Below, piece after piece: positions 1-7,454 of a stretch of 32,000 bases of DNA. The first letter of the stretch is position 1, and each line of letters starts with the position of its first letter. The stretch lies in assembly GCA_030604735.1 (NCBI GenBank), contig JAUVVG010000030.1:12984-44983 (forward strand), in the 5' to 3' direction. The notes under the pieces are model-generated. The model was given only the letters and a program-made list of their open reading frames with translations. It searched no databases and was not told where the DNA came from. The stretch is from Azoarcus sp. GTDB lineage: Bacteria; Pseudomonadota; Gammaproteobacteria; Burkholderiales; Rhodocyclaceae. Both the position numbers and the translations under genes were made by a program.

Positions 1-1170
1 CGTGCCCGCCACGAAGAGTCCGAACAAGACGATCACGACGTTGATCGATACCCCGGACATGATCAATATGGCGTACAGGCCGGTCATGACGAGAATGGAC
101 AGGTTTTCGTTGAAATTCTGAACCGCGATCGAGTGGCCTGCGCCCATCAGGATGTGCCCGCGATGCTGGAGCAGTGCATTCATCGGTACCACGAAGAATC
201 CCGCCAGGGCGCCGATGACCACCAGCATGATGACCGCGATCGGGACCGAACTGACCAGCGTCATGAACAGGACCACCAGACCCATCACGATACCGAGCGG
301 GATCACCCTCACCGAATACCGCAGACTGATCCAGCGCGCCGCGAGCATCGATCCGACCACGATACCGATCGCGACCACCCCTTGCAGCATCGACGCCTGG
401 GTGAGGTCGAAGCCGAGATTGTGCTCGGCCCACTTGATCACGATGAACTGCAGCGTCGCGCCGGCACCCCAGAACAGCGTGGTTACCGACAGCGAGATCT
501 GTCCGAGCTTGTCCCGCCACAGCAGCTTGAGGCAGTGCCCGAAGTCATGCAGCAGATACAGGGGGTTGTTCTTCAACGGCTTGTGATCGACGCCGGTGTC
601 CGGAACGTAGAAATTGAATACCGCGGCGAGTAGGTAAAGGAGGCTGACCAGCGCGATGGTTGCCTGGAATCCTGAATCGACCAAAGGGAGCTCAAGCGCG
701 TGAAACCAACCCAGTACCGAAGGATGGATCAGGATGCCGCCCATCACGATGCCAAGAATGATGGCGCCCACCGTGAGCGCCTCGATCCAGCCATTGGCCA
801 CCACCAGCAGGCGATGCGGAAGGTACTCGGTGAGAATGCCATACTTGGCGGGCGAATAAACCGCCGCACCGAGGCCGATGACTGCATAGGCGAACAATGG
901 GTGGCTGCCGAGAAACAGCATCAGGCAACCGCCGATCTTGATGGTGTTGCCGACCAGCATCACACGCCACTTGGGCATAGAATCGGCGAAGGCGCCGACA
1001 AAGGCTGCGAGCAGGACGTAGGACAGGGTGAAGAAAAGCTTGAGCAGCGGCTCGTACTGGTCGGGCGCGGCGATGTCTCGCAGCAGCGCGATCGCGATGA
1101 TCAGGAGCGCATTGTCGGCCAACGCAGAAAAAAACTGCGCTGCCATGATGATGTAGAAGCCCAGCGGCAT
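1..1170 (-). CDS. lplT: Lysophospholipid transporter LplT (MFS), 3' end outside window
   Basis: Not in the ORF track because its stop lies left of the window. Hand translation of the reverse complement from ATG 1170 gives MPLGFYIIMAAQFFSALADNALLIIAIALLRDIAAPDQYEPLLKLFFTLS... and stays open to base 1 (390 codons). It is strongly hydrophobic with a multi-TM pattern. The N-terminus resembles E. coli LplT (AQFLSAFGDNALL region). AGGAA lies just upstream of the ATG. Confidence 0.8.
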   Translation of the reverse strand, partial: MPLGFYIIMAAQFFSALADNALLIIAIALLRDIAAPDQYEPLLKLFFTLSYVLLAAFVGAFADSMPKWRVMLVGNTIKIGGCLMLFLGSHPLFAYAVIGLGAAVYSPAKYGILTEYLPHRLLVVANGWIEALTVGAIILGIVMGGILIHPSVLGWFHALELPLVDSGFQATIALVSLLYLLAAVFNFYVPDTGVDHKPLKNNPLYLLHDFGHCLKLLWRDKLGQISLSVTTLFWGAGATLQFIVIKWAEHNLGFDLTQASMLQGVVAIGIVVGSMLAARWISLRYSVRVIPLGIVMGLVVLFMTLVSSVPIAVIMLVVIGALAGFFVVPMNALLQHRGHILMGAGHSIAVQNFNENLSILVMTGLYAILIMSGVSINVVIVLFGLFVAGT

Positions 1171-1320
1171 CTTGTTCCTGCGCCCATGACCGAAACACGT
1201 GCGGGTTTATATCACGAAGCGATGGGACCTGCCTTGAGATATCGATAGGGAAGCGACGGATCCAATTTATTGGTCGAGTCGCCGGCGCAAAGCGGTCAAA
1301 TATGCTTAAATATCTCCTGA

Positions 1321-1333
1321 TAAACACAATTTA
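1321..1333. promoter_or_regulatory. Candidate LysR-type T-N11-A box in the lplT/LysR divergent intergenic region
   Basis: TAAACACAATTTA (T-N11-A) sits inside the dyad ATAAA-N5-TTTAT at 1320-1334, immediately followed by TTGACT (-35-like), about 50 nt upstream of the LysR ATG. Confidence 0.3.
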
Positions 1334-1382
1334 TTGACTAGCAGAAACCTTTCGCATCCCATGCCCATGACCGGGGCACGGC

Positions 1383-2339
1383 ATGTCAGGCTTGCTGCAC
1401 CCACCAAACGAGGCGATTGTGGCCGATCGCAGACTTCAGGTTTTCCACGCCGTAGCGAAGTACGGCTCCTTTACCCGCGCCGCCGAGCATCTTTTCATGA
1501 CGCAGCCGGCCGTCACCTTCCAGATCAAGCAGCTCGAGGAGCATTTCGATACCCGCTTGCTGGAACGTGGACATGGCAAGGTCAGCCTCACCCCGGCAGG
1601 CGAGATCGTCCTCGCCTATGCCGAGCGGATTCTCGATTTATCCGACGAGCTCGAATCGCGGGTGTCGGAGCTGACCGACGAGCTTGCCGGCGCCTTGACC
1701 ATCGGCACGAGCACCACCATCGCGGCCTATTGGTTGCCGCGACTGCTCGAGAGCTTCAAACGCAAGTACCCGAGGGTCATTCCCCGGGTCGTGGTCGGCA
1801 ATTCCCAATTGACCGAAGACCGGGTGGCCTCGCGGGAGATCGACCTCGGGCTGATCGAGATTGTTTCCGACCAGCCCGCGATAGAGCGTCGGACTGCGGC
1901 GCGGGATGAATTGCTGGTGATCTGCCAGCCCGGACATCCCTTGTCCAAGTACGCCTCGCTCACTGCCGAGAAATTGCTGGAGCATCCCTTCATTACCCGC
2001 GACTCGGGCAACGCCATCCGGGAGCTGGCGGAGAGCTTCTTCGAGTCGGCCGGCATCGATGTCGAGCAGCTTAGGATTTGTGCCGAGTTGGGCAGCCTCG
2101 CGACGGTCAAGTACCTGGCGTCCCAGGGACTGGGTTTCGCAATTGCCTCCAGGGCCGCGATCCAGCGCGATATCGGAGAAGGGCGGCTGGTCGCGATTCC
2201 GCTCGAACCCAAGTTGTACACCCCGCTCGAGGTTATCGTTCCAAAGGACAAGTTCCGTTCCCGACTGATCACCGTGTTCGCGGATCATGCCGCCGAACAA
2301 CTTGCCGGGATGGCCACCGAGGGCTCGGAGGACAACTGA
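1383..2339 (+). CDS. LysR-family transcriptional regulator
   Basis: 318 aa. The N-terminal HTH RLQVFHAVAKYGSFTRAAEHLFMTQPAVTFQIKQLE is typical of the LysR family, followed by a substrate-binding-type domain. It is divergent from lplT, and its stop overlaps the radA start (TGATG). Confidence 0.9.
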   Translation: MSGLLHPPNEAIVADRRLQVFHAVAKYGSFTRAAEHLFMTQPAVTFQIKQLEEHFDTRLLERGHGKVSLTPAGEIVLAYAERILDLSDELESRVSELTDELAGALTIGTSTTIAAYWLPRLLESFKRKYPRVIPRVVVGNSQLTEDRVASREIDLGLIEIVSDQPAIERRTAARDELLVICQPGHPLSKYASLTAEKLLEHPFITRDSGNAIRELAESFFESAGIDVEQLRICAELGSLATVKYLASQGLGFAIASRAAIQRDIGEGRLVAIPLEPKLYTPLEVIVPKDKFRSRLITVFADHAAEQLAGMATEGSEDN

Positions 2340-3712
2340 TGGCGAAGGCGAAAACCGCCTACGTCTGTGCTGACTGCGGCACGCAATCTCCTCGCTGGCA
2401 GGGGCAGTGCCCCCAGTGCAAGGCATGGAATACGCTGGCGGAGTCGGTGGTGGAGCAGGGCGGATCCGCCAGCAGTCGTTTCGTGGCGCTGGCTGGTACC
2501 TCCGGTCGGCTGCAACGACTGTCCGAACTCGAACCGCGTGAGGAACCTCGCACCCCGACCGGTATCGACGAGTTCGATCGTGTCCTTGGGGGCGGGCTGG
2601 TGCCGGGCGGGGTGGTGTTGATCGGCGGCGACCCGGGCATAGGAAAATCGACCTTGCTATTGCAGGCGCTGGCCGTACTGGCCGCCCGTGAGTCGGCAAT
2701 TTATGTAAGTGGGGAGGAGTCGGGCGAGCAGGTGGCCTTGAGGGCGCGGCGACTCAATCTCGATCCGGCCCATCTTCAACTGCTGCCCGAGATCAACCTG
2801 GAGCGTATCACCCAAGTGCTGAAGGACGCGCGTCCACGGATCGCCGTGATCGACTCCATTCAGACCGTATACTCGGAAGTTCTGCAGTCTCCGCCGGGGT
2901 CGGTCGCGCAGGTGCGGGAATGTGCCGCGCAACTGACCCGCTTCGCCAAGCAGAGCGGGACCAGCCTGATCATGGTCGGGCATGTCACCAAGGATGGCAC
3001 GCTGGCCGGGCCACGGGTGCTCGAGCACATGGTCGATACCGTGCTTTACTTCGAAGGCGACACCCATTCGAGCTTTCGTCTCGTGCGTGCCTTCAAGAAC
3101 CGCTTCGGCGCGGTCAACGAGCTGGGCGTCTTCGCAATGACCGACCGCGGTCTGCGGGGTGTCAGCAACCCGTCGGCGATCTTTCTGTCGCAGCACGAGC
3201 AACAGGTGCCGGGCAGTTGCGTGCTGATCACGCAGGAGGGCACCCGGCCGATGCTGGTCGAGATCCAGGCGCTTGTCGACGGTGCGCACAGCCCGAATCC
3301 GCGTCGACTGGGGGTTGGCCTCGAGCAGAACCGTTTGGCGATGCTGCTCGCCGTGTTGCATCGTCATGCCGGGGTTGTTTGTTTTGACCAGGATGTCTTC
3401 GTCAATGCGGTCGGCGGGGTCAAGATCACCGAGCCGGCAGCCGACCTTGCGGTTCTGCTTGCTATCGTGTCCTCGCTCCGCAGTCGTCCCTTACCGAAAG
3501 GGCTGGCCGTCTTCGGCGAAGTAGGGCTGGCAGGCGAGATTCGACCCGCACCGCGTGGACAGGACCGTTTGAAGGAGGCGACGAAACTCGGTTTTTCGAC
3601 GGCAATCATCCCGAAGGCCAATGCCCCGCGACAAGCCCCGGACGGAATGAAGATCATCGCTGTCGACCGGATCGAGGAAGCGATAGAACGGGCGCGGGAA
3701 ATCGAGTCCTGA
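2339..3712 (+). CDS. radA: DNA repair protein RadA/Sms
   Basis: MAKAKTAYVCADCGTQSPRWQGQCPQCKAWNT zinc finger, Walker A GDPGIGKST, KNRFG motif, and a Lon-protease-like C-terminal domain. Track ORF 2078..3712 carries a spurious 87-aa N-terminal extension; the ATG at 2339 fits homologues. Confidence 0.95.
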   Translation: MAKAKTAYVCADCGTQSPRWQGQCPQCKAWNTLAESVVEQGGSASSRFVALAGTSGRLQRLSELEPREEPRTPTGIDEFDRVLGGGLVPGGVVLIGGDPGIGKSTLLLQALAVLAARESAIYVSGEESGEQVALRARRLNLDPAHLQLLPEINLERITQVLKDARPRIAVIDSIQTVYSEVLQSPPGSVAQVRECAAQLTRFAKQSGTSLIMVGHVTKDGTLAGPRVLEHMVDTVLYFEGDTHSSFRLVRAFKNRFGAVNELGVFAMTDRGLRGVSNPSAIFLSQHEQQVPGSCVLITQEGTRPMLVEIQALVDGAHSPNPRRLGVGLEQNRLAMLLAVLHRHAGVVCFDQDVFVNAVGGVKITEPAADLAVLLAIVSSLRSRPLPKGLAVFGEVGLAGEIRPAPRGQDRLKEATKLGFSTAIIPKANAPRQAPDGMKIIAVDRIEEAIERAREIES

Positions 3713-3943
3713 GCGGCGGCAACTGAACGGAATCCAGCCGGGGCCGAAGTACAAAGTCGCAGGTTCGCGGTTGGTGGGTGCGGACATCACGAACCCGGAC
3801 ATCGGTTACAGCATGGTGCGCTCACCAGATCCAAAAAAATGGGGGCGTGCCCTCACCGAGCATGACATCCGCGGCAAATGATGGATTTCAGCGGCGGCGC
3901 ATGGCACATTACGCGCTTAGCCTCATATCCCTCGGATTGCAAG

Positions 3944-4609
3944 ATGTTCTACGGGATCACAGACCTCACGACCTTCATTCTGGGCACGATTTTCATCGTG
4001 CTGTTGCCGGGTCCAAACTCGCTCTACGTGATGTCTGCCGCCTCGCGCTGGGGCGTCGCCGCAGGGTACCGCGGTGCCTGCGGAATCTGCGTCGGCGACC
4101 TGATCCTGATGCTGCTCGCAGTCAGCGGCACCGCCTCGTTGCTGCGGACCACGCCGGAACTGTTCATGGTCATCAAGTACGCCGGCGCGGCCTATCTGGC
4201 ATGGGTCGGCATTGGTTTGTTGCGTTCAGCAATTCAAAGCTGGCGAAAGCAGGGCAGTTTCACCGAGGCTTCGGTCACGCAGAACGATGCGGTGGTGCGT
4301 AATAGTCCGCGTACATTCCGGACCGCGCTAGTGATCAGTTTGATGAACCCGAAGGCAATCCTTTTTTTCGTGTCGTTCTTCATTCAGTTCGTGGACCCGG
4401 CTTACGCCCATCCAGGACTCTCATTCATGATTCTGGGCGTCATCGTTCAGATCTGCAGCGCACTGTACCTGTCTGCGCTGATCTTCGGTGGGGCCTATCT
4501 TGCCGTTCAGTTCAGGAAGCGTCGTCGCCTCGCCGCGGGCGCAACCGGCGCCATAGGCGGGTTGTTCATCGCGTTCGGAGCAAAACTGGCGACCGCAACC
4601 TTGTCCTGA
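3944..4609 (+). CDS. leuE: LysE/RhtB-family amino-acid exporter (LeuE-like)
   Basis: MFYGITDLTTFILGTIFIVLLPGPNSLYV... resembles the E. coli LeuE N-terminus (IFIVLVPGPN). It is a multi-TM protein of 221 aa. The track start at 3878 adds 22 non-homologous residues. Confidence 0.75.
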   Translation: MFYGITDLTTFILGTIFIVLLPGPNSLYVMSAASRWGVAAGYRGACGICVGDLILMLLAVSGTASLLRTTPELFMVIKYAGAAYLAWVGIGLLRSAIQSWRKQGSFTEASVTQNDAVVRNSPRTFRTALVISLMNPKAILFFVSFFIQFVDPAYAHPGLSFMILGVIVQICSALYLSALIFGGAYLAVQFRKRRRLAAGATGAIGGLFIAFGAKLATATLS

Positions 4610-4747
4610 GCGATGCGGCGGGGGGTGGCGTCATGATGTCGACACCCAATCCCCGGCCTGAGAGGTTCCAAAGTCCGAACGCTTTCGACTTGGTGAGAGC
4701 GATCAGGCTTGTTCCGTCAGGGGCGCCGGACCGGTTTCATTCCCTCG

Positions 4748-5050
4748 TTACACGTACCGGACAGAATGGTGTCTGATATCGTAGTTTACATAATACAGAT
4801 TATCGTTCTTTCCTTCGTAGAATCTGGCGAGCCTTTCTATGCCCCGTGCATAGCCAAATGGGTCACGCGCTTTGGCCAGGATGATGCAAATCAGATGAAG
4901 TTCGAAAGGAGAGACGCCGAGCAATAGCAGGCGTTTTTTTTCGGCCAGGATTTTCCGGTACCAGGTGCGTCGACTGGGTCGCGTGGCTCGTGGGGTGAGC
5001 CTGCGTCGACAGTACAAGTTCGCGAGGTTTCGGGACCAGTCGGGGAGCAT
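4748..5050 (-). CDS. Hypothetical protein (Arg-rich N-terminus, possible winged-helix-like core)
   Basis: Starts at an internal ATG of track ORF 4748..5284: MLPDWSRNLANLYCRRRLTPRATRPSRRTWYRKILAEKKRLLLLGVSPFELHLICIILAKARDPFGYARGIERLARFYEGKNDNLYYVNYDIRHHSVRYV. The AT-richer 3' part looks coding. There is no clear RBS and I recognise no family. Confidence 0.4.
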   Translation of the reverse strand: MLPDWSRNLANLYCRRRLTPRATRPSRRTWYRKILAEKKRLLLLGVSPFELHLICIILAKARDPFGYARGIERLARFYEGKNDNLYYVNYDIRHHSVRYV

Positions 5051-5075
5051 GGGGTTTTTTAATCGACTGGGGGGA

Positions 5076-5241
5076 TCGGCGCAAGCGCCGACCGGGCTTC
5101 CTACGGACTGCGCTTCGCTCCGGTCCCTTCGGGACACGCCTTCGGCGTTCCTTCGGATCCCTTCCCCCTCCAGGCCTGTCGGCCTTCCGCGCTCCGCTTG
5201 GCCGCTGCGTTCCGCAGCGCGATCAGAGCCGCTACGCGGCT
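5076..5241. repeat. Array of short perfect GC hairpins with 2-4 nt loops
   Basis: TCGGCGC-AA-GCGCCGA (5076-5091), GTCCC-TTC-GGGAC (5123-5135), ACGCC-TTC-GGCGT (5136-5148), AGGCC-TGTC-GGCCT (5172-5185), CGCTGCG-TTC-CGCAGCG (5203-5219) and AGCCGC-TAC-GCGGCT (5227-5241). Confidence 0.7.
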
Positions 5242-5243
5242 GT

Positions 5244-5456
5244 GCCTTCTTCCCTGCCCTTGCGCTTTCCCGACCCCCTATCACTGCCGCCCTTTTGCCC
5301 GCTTGTGCCGCATCAAGTCGGAAAGAAAAGGGTAAAGGCTTCGCCCCGCTTCGCGGCCCTTGTCTTTCCTTTGTTGATACGGCCCGGCACGGTCAGGGCG
5401 ACAGCGATAGGGGGTACGGTGGGAAAAAAGACAAGAGTGCAGGGAAGAAGGAAGGC
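5244..5456. repeat. Imperfect inverted repeat of about 210 nt (rod-like hairpin, apex about 5351)
   Basis: CCTTCTTCCCTGC (5245-5257) is the exact reverse complement of GCAGGGAAGAAGG (5439-5451). Inner arms also pair: CCCCTATCACTGCCGCCC with GGGCGACAGCGATAGGGG, GTGCCG..ATCAA with TTGAT..CGGCAC, and GGAAAGA.AAGGG with CCCTT.TCTTTCC. The apical hairpin is CCGC-TTC-GCGG (5346-5356). Confidence 0.75.
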
Positions 5457-5522
5457 AAACCCGGATGGGCTCGAGCTCCAGGGGCCCGGTAGGTTTAACG
5501 ACGGAAAAAGCGAGGTGATGAG

Positions 5523-5762
5523 ATGACGATCAAAGTTCTGAAGACATACAGGCGCGAACAACCAGGGCAAACCCCGTTTAAGGTAATGACCCGCGTGTAT
5601 TTTGATGACTATTTGGAAGAATACACAGTCGGACTATTTGTCGACGGGAAGAAGCAGAAGGGCGCGACCTACTTCACCGACGATAAAGACGATGCCCTGC
5701 AAACCGCGCAGTACATGAGGAACCACCTGGACGAGATTGTAGAGGGAGTGGGACGGTCATGA
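5523..5762 (+). CDS. Hypothetical protein, 79 aa (prophage accessory gene)
   Basis: ATG is preceded by GAGGTG. The sequence is complex and non-repetitive (MTIKVLKTYRREQPGQTPFKVMTRVYFDDYLEEYTVGLFVDGKKQKGATYFTDDKDDALQTAQYMRNHLDEIVEGVGRS). It lies on the strand opposite the phage operon, has lower GC, and its stop overlaps the next ATG (ATGA). Confidence 0.6.
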   Translation: MTIKVLKTYRREQPGQTPFKVMTRVYFDDYLEEYTVGLFVDGKKQKGATYFTDDKDDALQTAQYMRNHLDEIVEGVGRS

Positions 5763-5974
5763 AAATCAGGCCTAGCAGTAGCAACGCGTTCGGAATCAGA
5801 TTCACAGGATACGATATGGTATGGGACATCCGGACAGATATGTTTCCGTGGAGATACATGATACAAGCAGAGCTCGGCGCATTGGATGCGCCGGACACTT
5901 TACCAGGGGGGATCATGATCGAGTACCTGGAAGGCACGTATGGGATGCTGCCATCAGTGGCAAAACGAAACTAA
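5759..5974 (+). CDS. Hypothetical protein, 71 aa (ATGA-coupled to the 79-aa ORF)
   Basis: ATGA overlap at 5759-5762. Sequence: MKIRPSSSNAFGIRFTGYDMVWDIRTDMFPWRYMIQAELGALDAPDTLPGGIMIEYLEGTYGMLPSVAKRN. It is followed 5 nt later by the hairpin (5979-6007) that carries the 29-bp repeat (5982-6010). I recognise no family. Confidence 0.5.
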   Translation: MKIRPSSSNAFGIRFTGYDMVWDIRTDMFPWRYMIQAELGALDAPDTLPGGIMIEYLEGTYGMLPSVAKRN

Positions 5975-5981
5975 CTAACCT

Positions 5982-6010
5982 GGATAGGAGGGGGACTCCT
6001 GTCCAGGCTG
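5982..6010. repeat. 29-bp direct repeat, copy 1 (hairpin-forming)
   Basis: GGATAGGAGGGGGACTCCTGTCCAGGCTG is identical to 6206-6234. The hairpin CCTGGATAGGAG-GGGGA-CTCCTGTCCAGG spans 5979-6007 and has one T.G pair on the plus strand. Confidence 0.95.
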
Positions 6011-6034
6011 AAGTATGAGATGAGAGGCAGAGTG

Positions 6035-6175
6035 ATGAACGACCGAGAAGAAAACATATACAACGGGTTCAAAATATTAATAATATTGATCGGATCGATA
6101 GCGATCGGATATGAACTCGGCAGCGGAGTTGGAATTGCGGCATTCTGTTTTTCTGTTGTAATGAAGTTGAAATAG
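6035..6175 (+). CDS. Small hydrophobic peptide, 46 aa (not in track)
   Basis: Hand translation gives MNDREENIYNGFKILIILIGSIAIGYELGSGVGIAAFCFSVVMKLK, with one predicted TM segment. GAGAGG lies upstream. This is the AT-richest part of the window and sits exactly between the two 29-bp repeats. Confidence 0.4.
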   Translation: MNDREENIYNGFKILIILIGSIAIGYELGSGVGIAAFCFSVVMKLK

Positions 6176-6198
6176 GTGGGCTTGAAAACAGAGAAGAA

Positions 6199-7173
6199 CT
6201 AGCCGGGATAGGAGGGGGACTCCTGTCCAGGCTGGACAACCGGCAGAGCGAACGGCAATGGGCGATCCATTGCCGTTCTGCATTGGAAGTCGGTCATGTC
6301 GAGAATCTTCCCATCGTTGCCGAAGCAGCGACAGGCACGAGCGTTCATGATGCAGCCATGGATCGGTTCAAGTCGATCAGCAAAGACCCAGTCGGATATA
6401 CCGTCAGAGACCGGTATAACGCGCTGCCTCACCGGTGGTTCCGGGGAAGCAGCGCGAGAGCCCTCCCCCACACCCCCGACGGGGCTTTGCAGGATGGAAA
6501 CGACTTCACTGGTATCGGATGCGACACCGAAGGCGGTGGCGATCATGCCGTCCGAGTTCGCGATGCGGGTCACGACCCATCCGACGAGCAGGACCAGGAC
6601 CACACCCATGATGATGATCTTGCGGGGTATCTTGCGCTTAACGGTATGAATCGTGGCTGACTTGTAGAGGTCGAAGAGTTTCTTGTCGTATCGCCAGATT
6701 TCCATGTCGGCCGCGTCGCGTTGCTGGCGGTCGTTTGGATCGAGAACGGCATGCTGCCACTTGTAAAGTGTGGTCTGCTGGAGGCCAGCGGGGCGCATCA
6801 AATGGATATGAGCCGGGGAGCCACCGCCGCCGAGGTGTTCCCTCACCTGGTGGTGGACCTTGGTCGGATACTGAGTCGCAATGAGGAAATCGAAACCCCG
6901 GTGACGGTGTTTGTCGAGGTCGACAATCTCGCCTTCCTGGGAGCGTCCTGGCTTGCCTGTCGCAGGCCAACGCTGGTGGACTTCGTCGATGACGATGAAG
7001 GCACCATCGGCGCACTGGCGCCAGTCGTCGGGGAGCGGATCGACGCCATCCAGCTTGAGGCCATCGACGTTGGAGTAGACCGGGCGGCCTTGCTTGACCG
7101 CTTCAACGGTCTCGCGCATGAGGAACAGCGACTTCCCAGAACCCGGGGAGCCGGTCACGAGCGAAATGGGCAT
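6199..7173 (-). CDS. Filamentous-phage assembly ATPase pI (Zot-like)
   Basis: MPISLVTGSPGSGKSLFLMRETVEAV... Walker A at the N-terminus, IVIDEVH Walker B-like motif, a central TM segment (IIIMGVVLVLLVGWVV) and a Cys-containing C-terminal domain. The start ATG 7173 overlaps the upstream stop (TAATG). The track start at 7275 is an extension. Confidence 0.9.
   Translation of the reverse strand: MPISLVTGSPGSGKSLFLMRETVEAVKQGRPVYSNVDGLKLDGVDPLPDDWRQCADGAFIVIDEVHQRWPATGKPGRSQEGEIVDLDKHRHRGFDFLIATQYPTKVHHQVREHLGGGGSPAHIHLMRPAGLQQTTLYKWQHAVLDPNDRQQRDAADMEIWRYDKKLFDLYKSATIHTVKRKIPRKIIIMGVVLVLLVGWVVTRIANSDGMIATAFGVASDTSEVVSILQSPVGGVGEGSRAASPEPPVRQRVIPVSDGISDWVFADRLEPIHGCIMNARACRCFGNDGKILDMTDFQCRTAMDRPLPFALPVVQPGQESPSYPG
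6206..6234. repeat. 29-bp direct repeat, copy 2 (inside the 3' end of the zot-like gene)
   Basis: Identical 29-mer. It encodes the last residues (..VVQPGQESPSYPG) of the pI/Zot ORF on the minus strand. Confidence 0.95.
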
Positions 7174-7454
7174 TAGTTGGACTTCCCTATGAAGATTTGG
7201 GCGGCCTGGATTGCGATCCGGGCCGAGAGGCCCGAGAGAACCGCCGAGAGAGCCACCCCAAAGCCCGCCATCCAAAGAATCTGAGCAGCAGCCGGAAGCA
7301 GTCCCGAAAGATTAGAGAGAACATGGCCCACCCATTCATTGAAAAGCGGTTCGATGACAACGTAAGTGCCGATGCCGAGACCCGCCCCGACGAGAATTCG
7401 GGCGACGGCAGAGACCATAATCCACATACCGACATAGAACAGCATGCCTTGCAT
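7173..7454 (-). CDS. Putative minor coat/assembly membrane protein (pVI-like)
   Basis: 93 aa and very hydrophobic (MQGMLFYVGMWIMVSAVARILVGAGLGIGTYVV...). It lies between the pIII-like and pI genes as in other inoviruses, with TAATG overlaps on both sides. Confidence 0.6.
   Translation of the reverse strand: MQGMLFYVGMWIMVSAVARILVGAGLGIGTYVVIEPLFNEWVGHVLSNLSGLLPAAAQILWMAGFGVALSAVLSGLSARIAIQAAQIFIGKSN

Noticed and set aside
133-633. His/Asp/Arg-rich 166-aa and 144-aa plus-strand ORFs at the window start.
   Set aside because: They are antisense to the clearly membrane-protein-like lplT frame, which stays open for 390 codons, and their composition is not protein-like.
2078-2338. N-terminal extensions in the track: radA from 2078, zot from 7275, mtnP from 13546, smc from 23602, dapC from 23205, pilU from 25589, prmB from 27997, and the first phage gene from GTG 11836.
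   Set aside because: The extensions overlap upstream genes or promoters and are non-homologous and Arg/Pro-rich. Internal starts coincide with the conserved N-termini, with an RBS or with stop-start overlaps.
4783-4810. dif-like motif AGTTTACATAA-TACAGA-TTATCGTTCTT (CATAA-N6-TTAT core) near the left prophage edge.
   Set aside because: It matches only about 7 of 11 positions in the XerC arm and 6 of 11 in the XerD arm of the E. coli dif consensus. The normally well-conserved XerD arm is poor, the motif lies inside the 100-aa ORF, and no partner site was seen at the right edge. It needs the host's own dif for comparison.
4965-5570. ORFs 4965..5492 (+), 5242..5526 (+), 5313..5570 (-) and the N-terminal part of 4748..5284 (-) crossing the hairpin block.
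   Set aside because: They run through nested inverted repeats, are Pro/Ser/Arg/Gly-rich, overlap each other on both strands and lack an RBS. The region is better explained as structured noncoding DNA.
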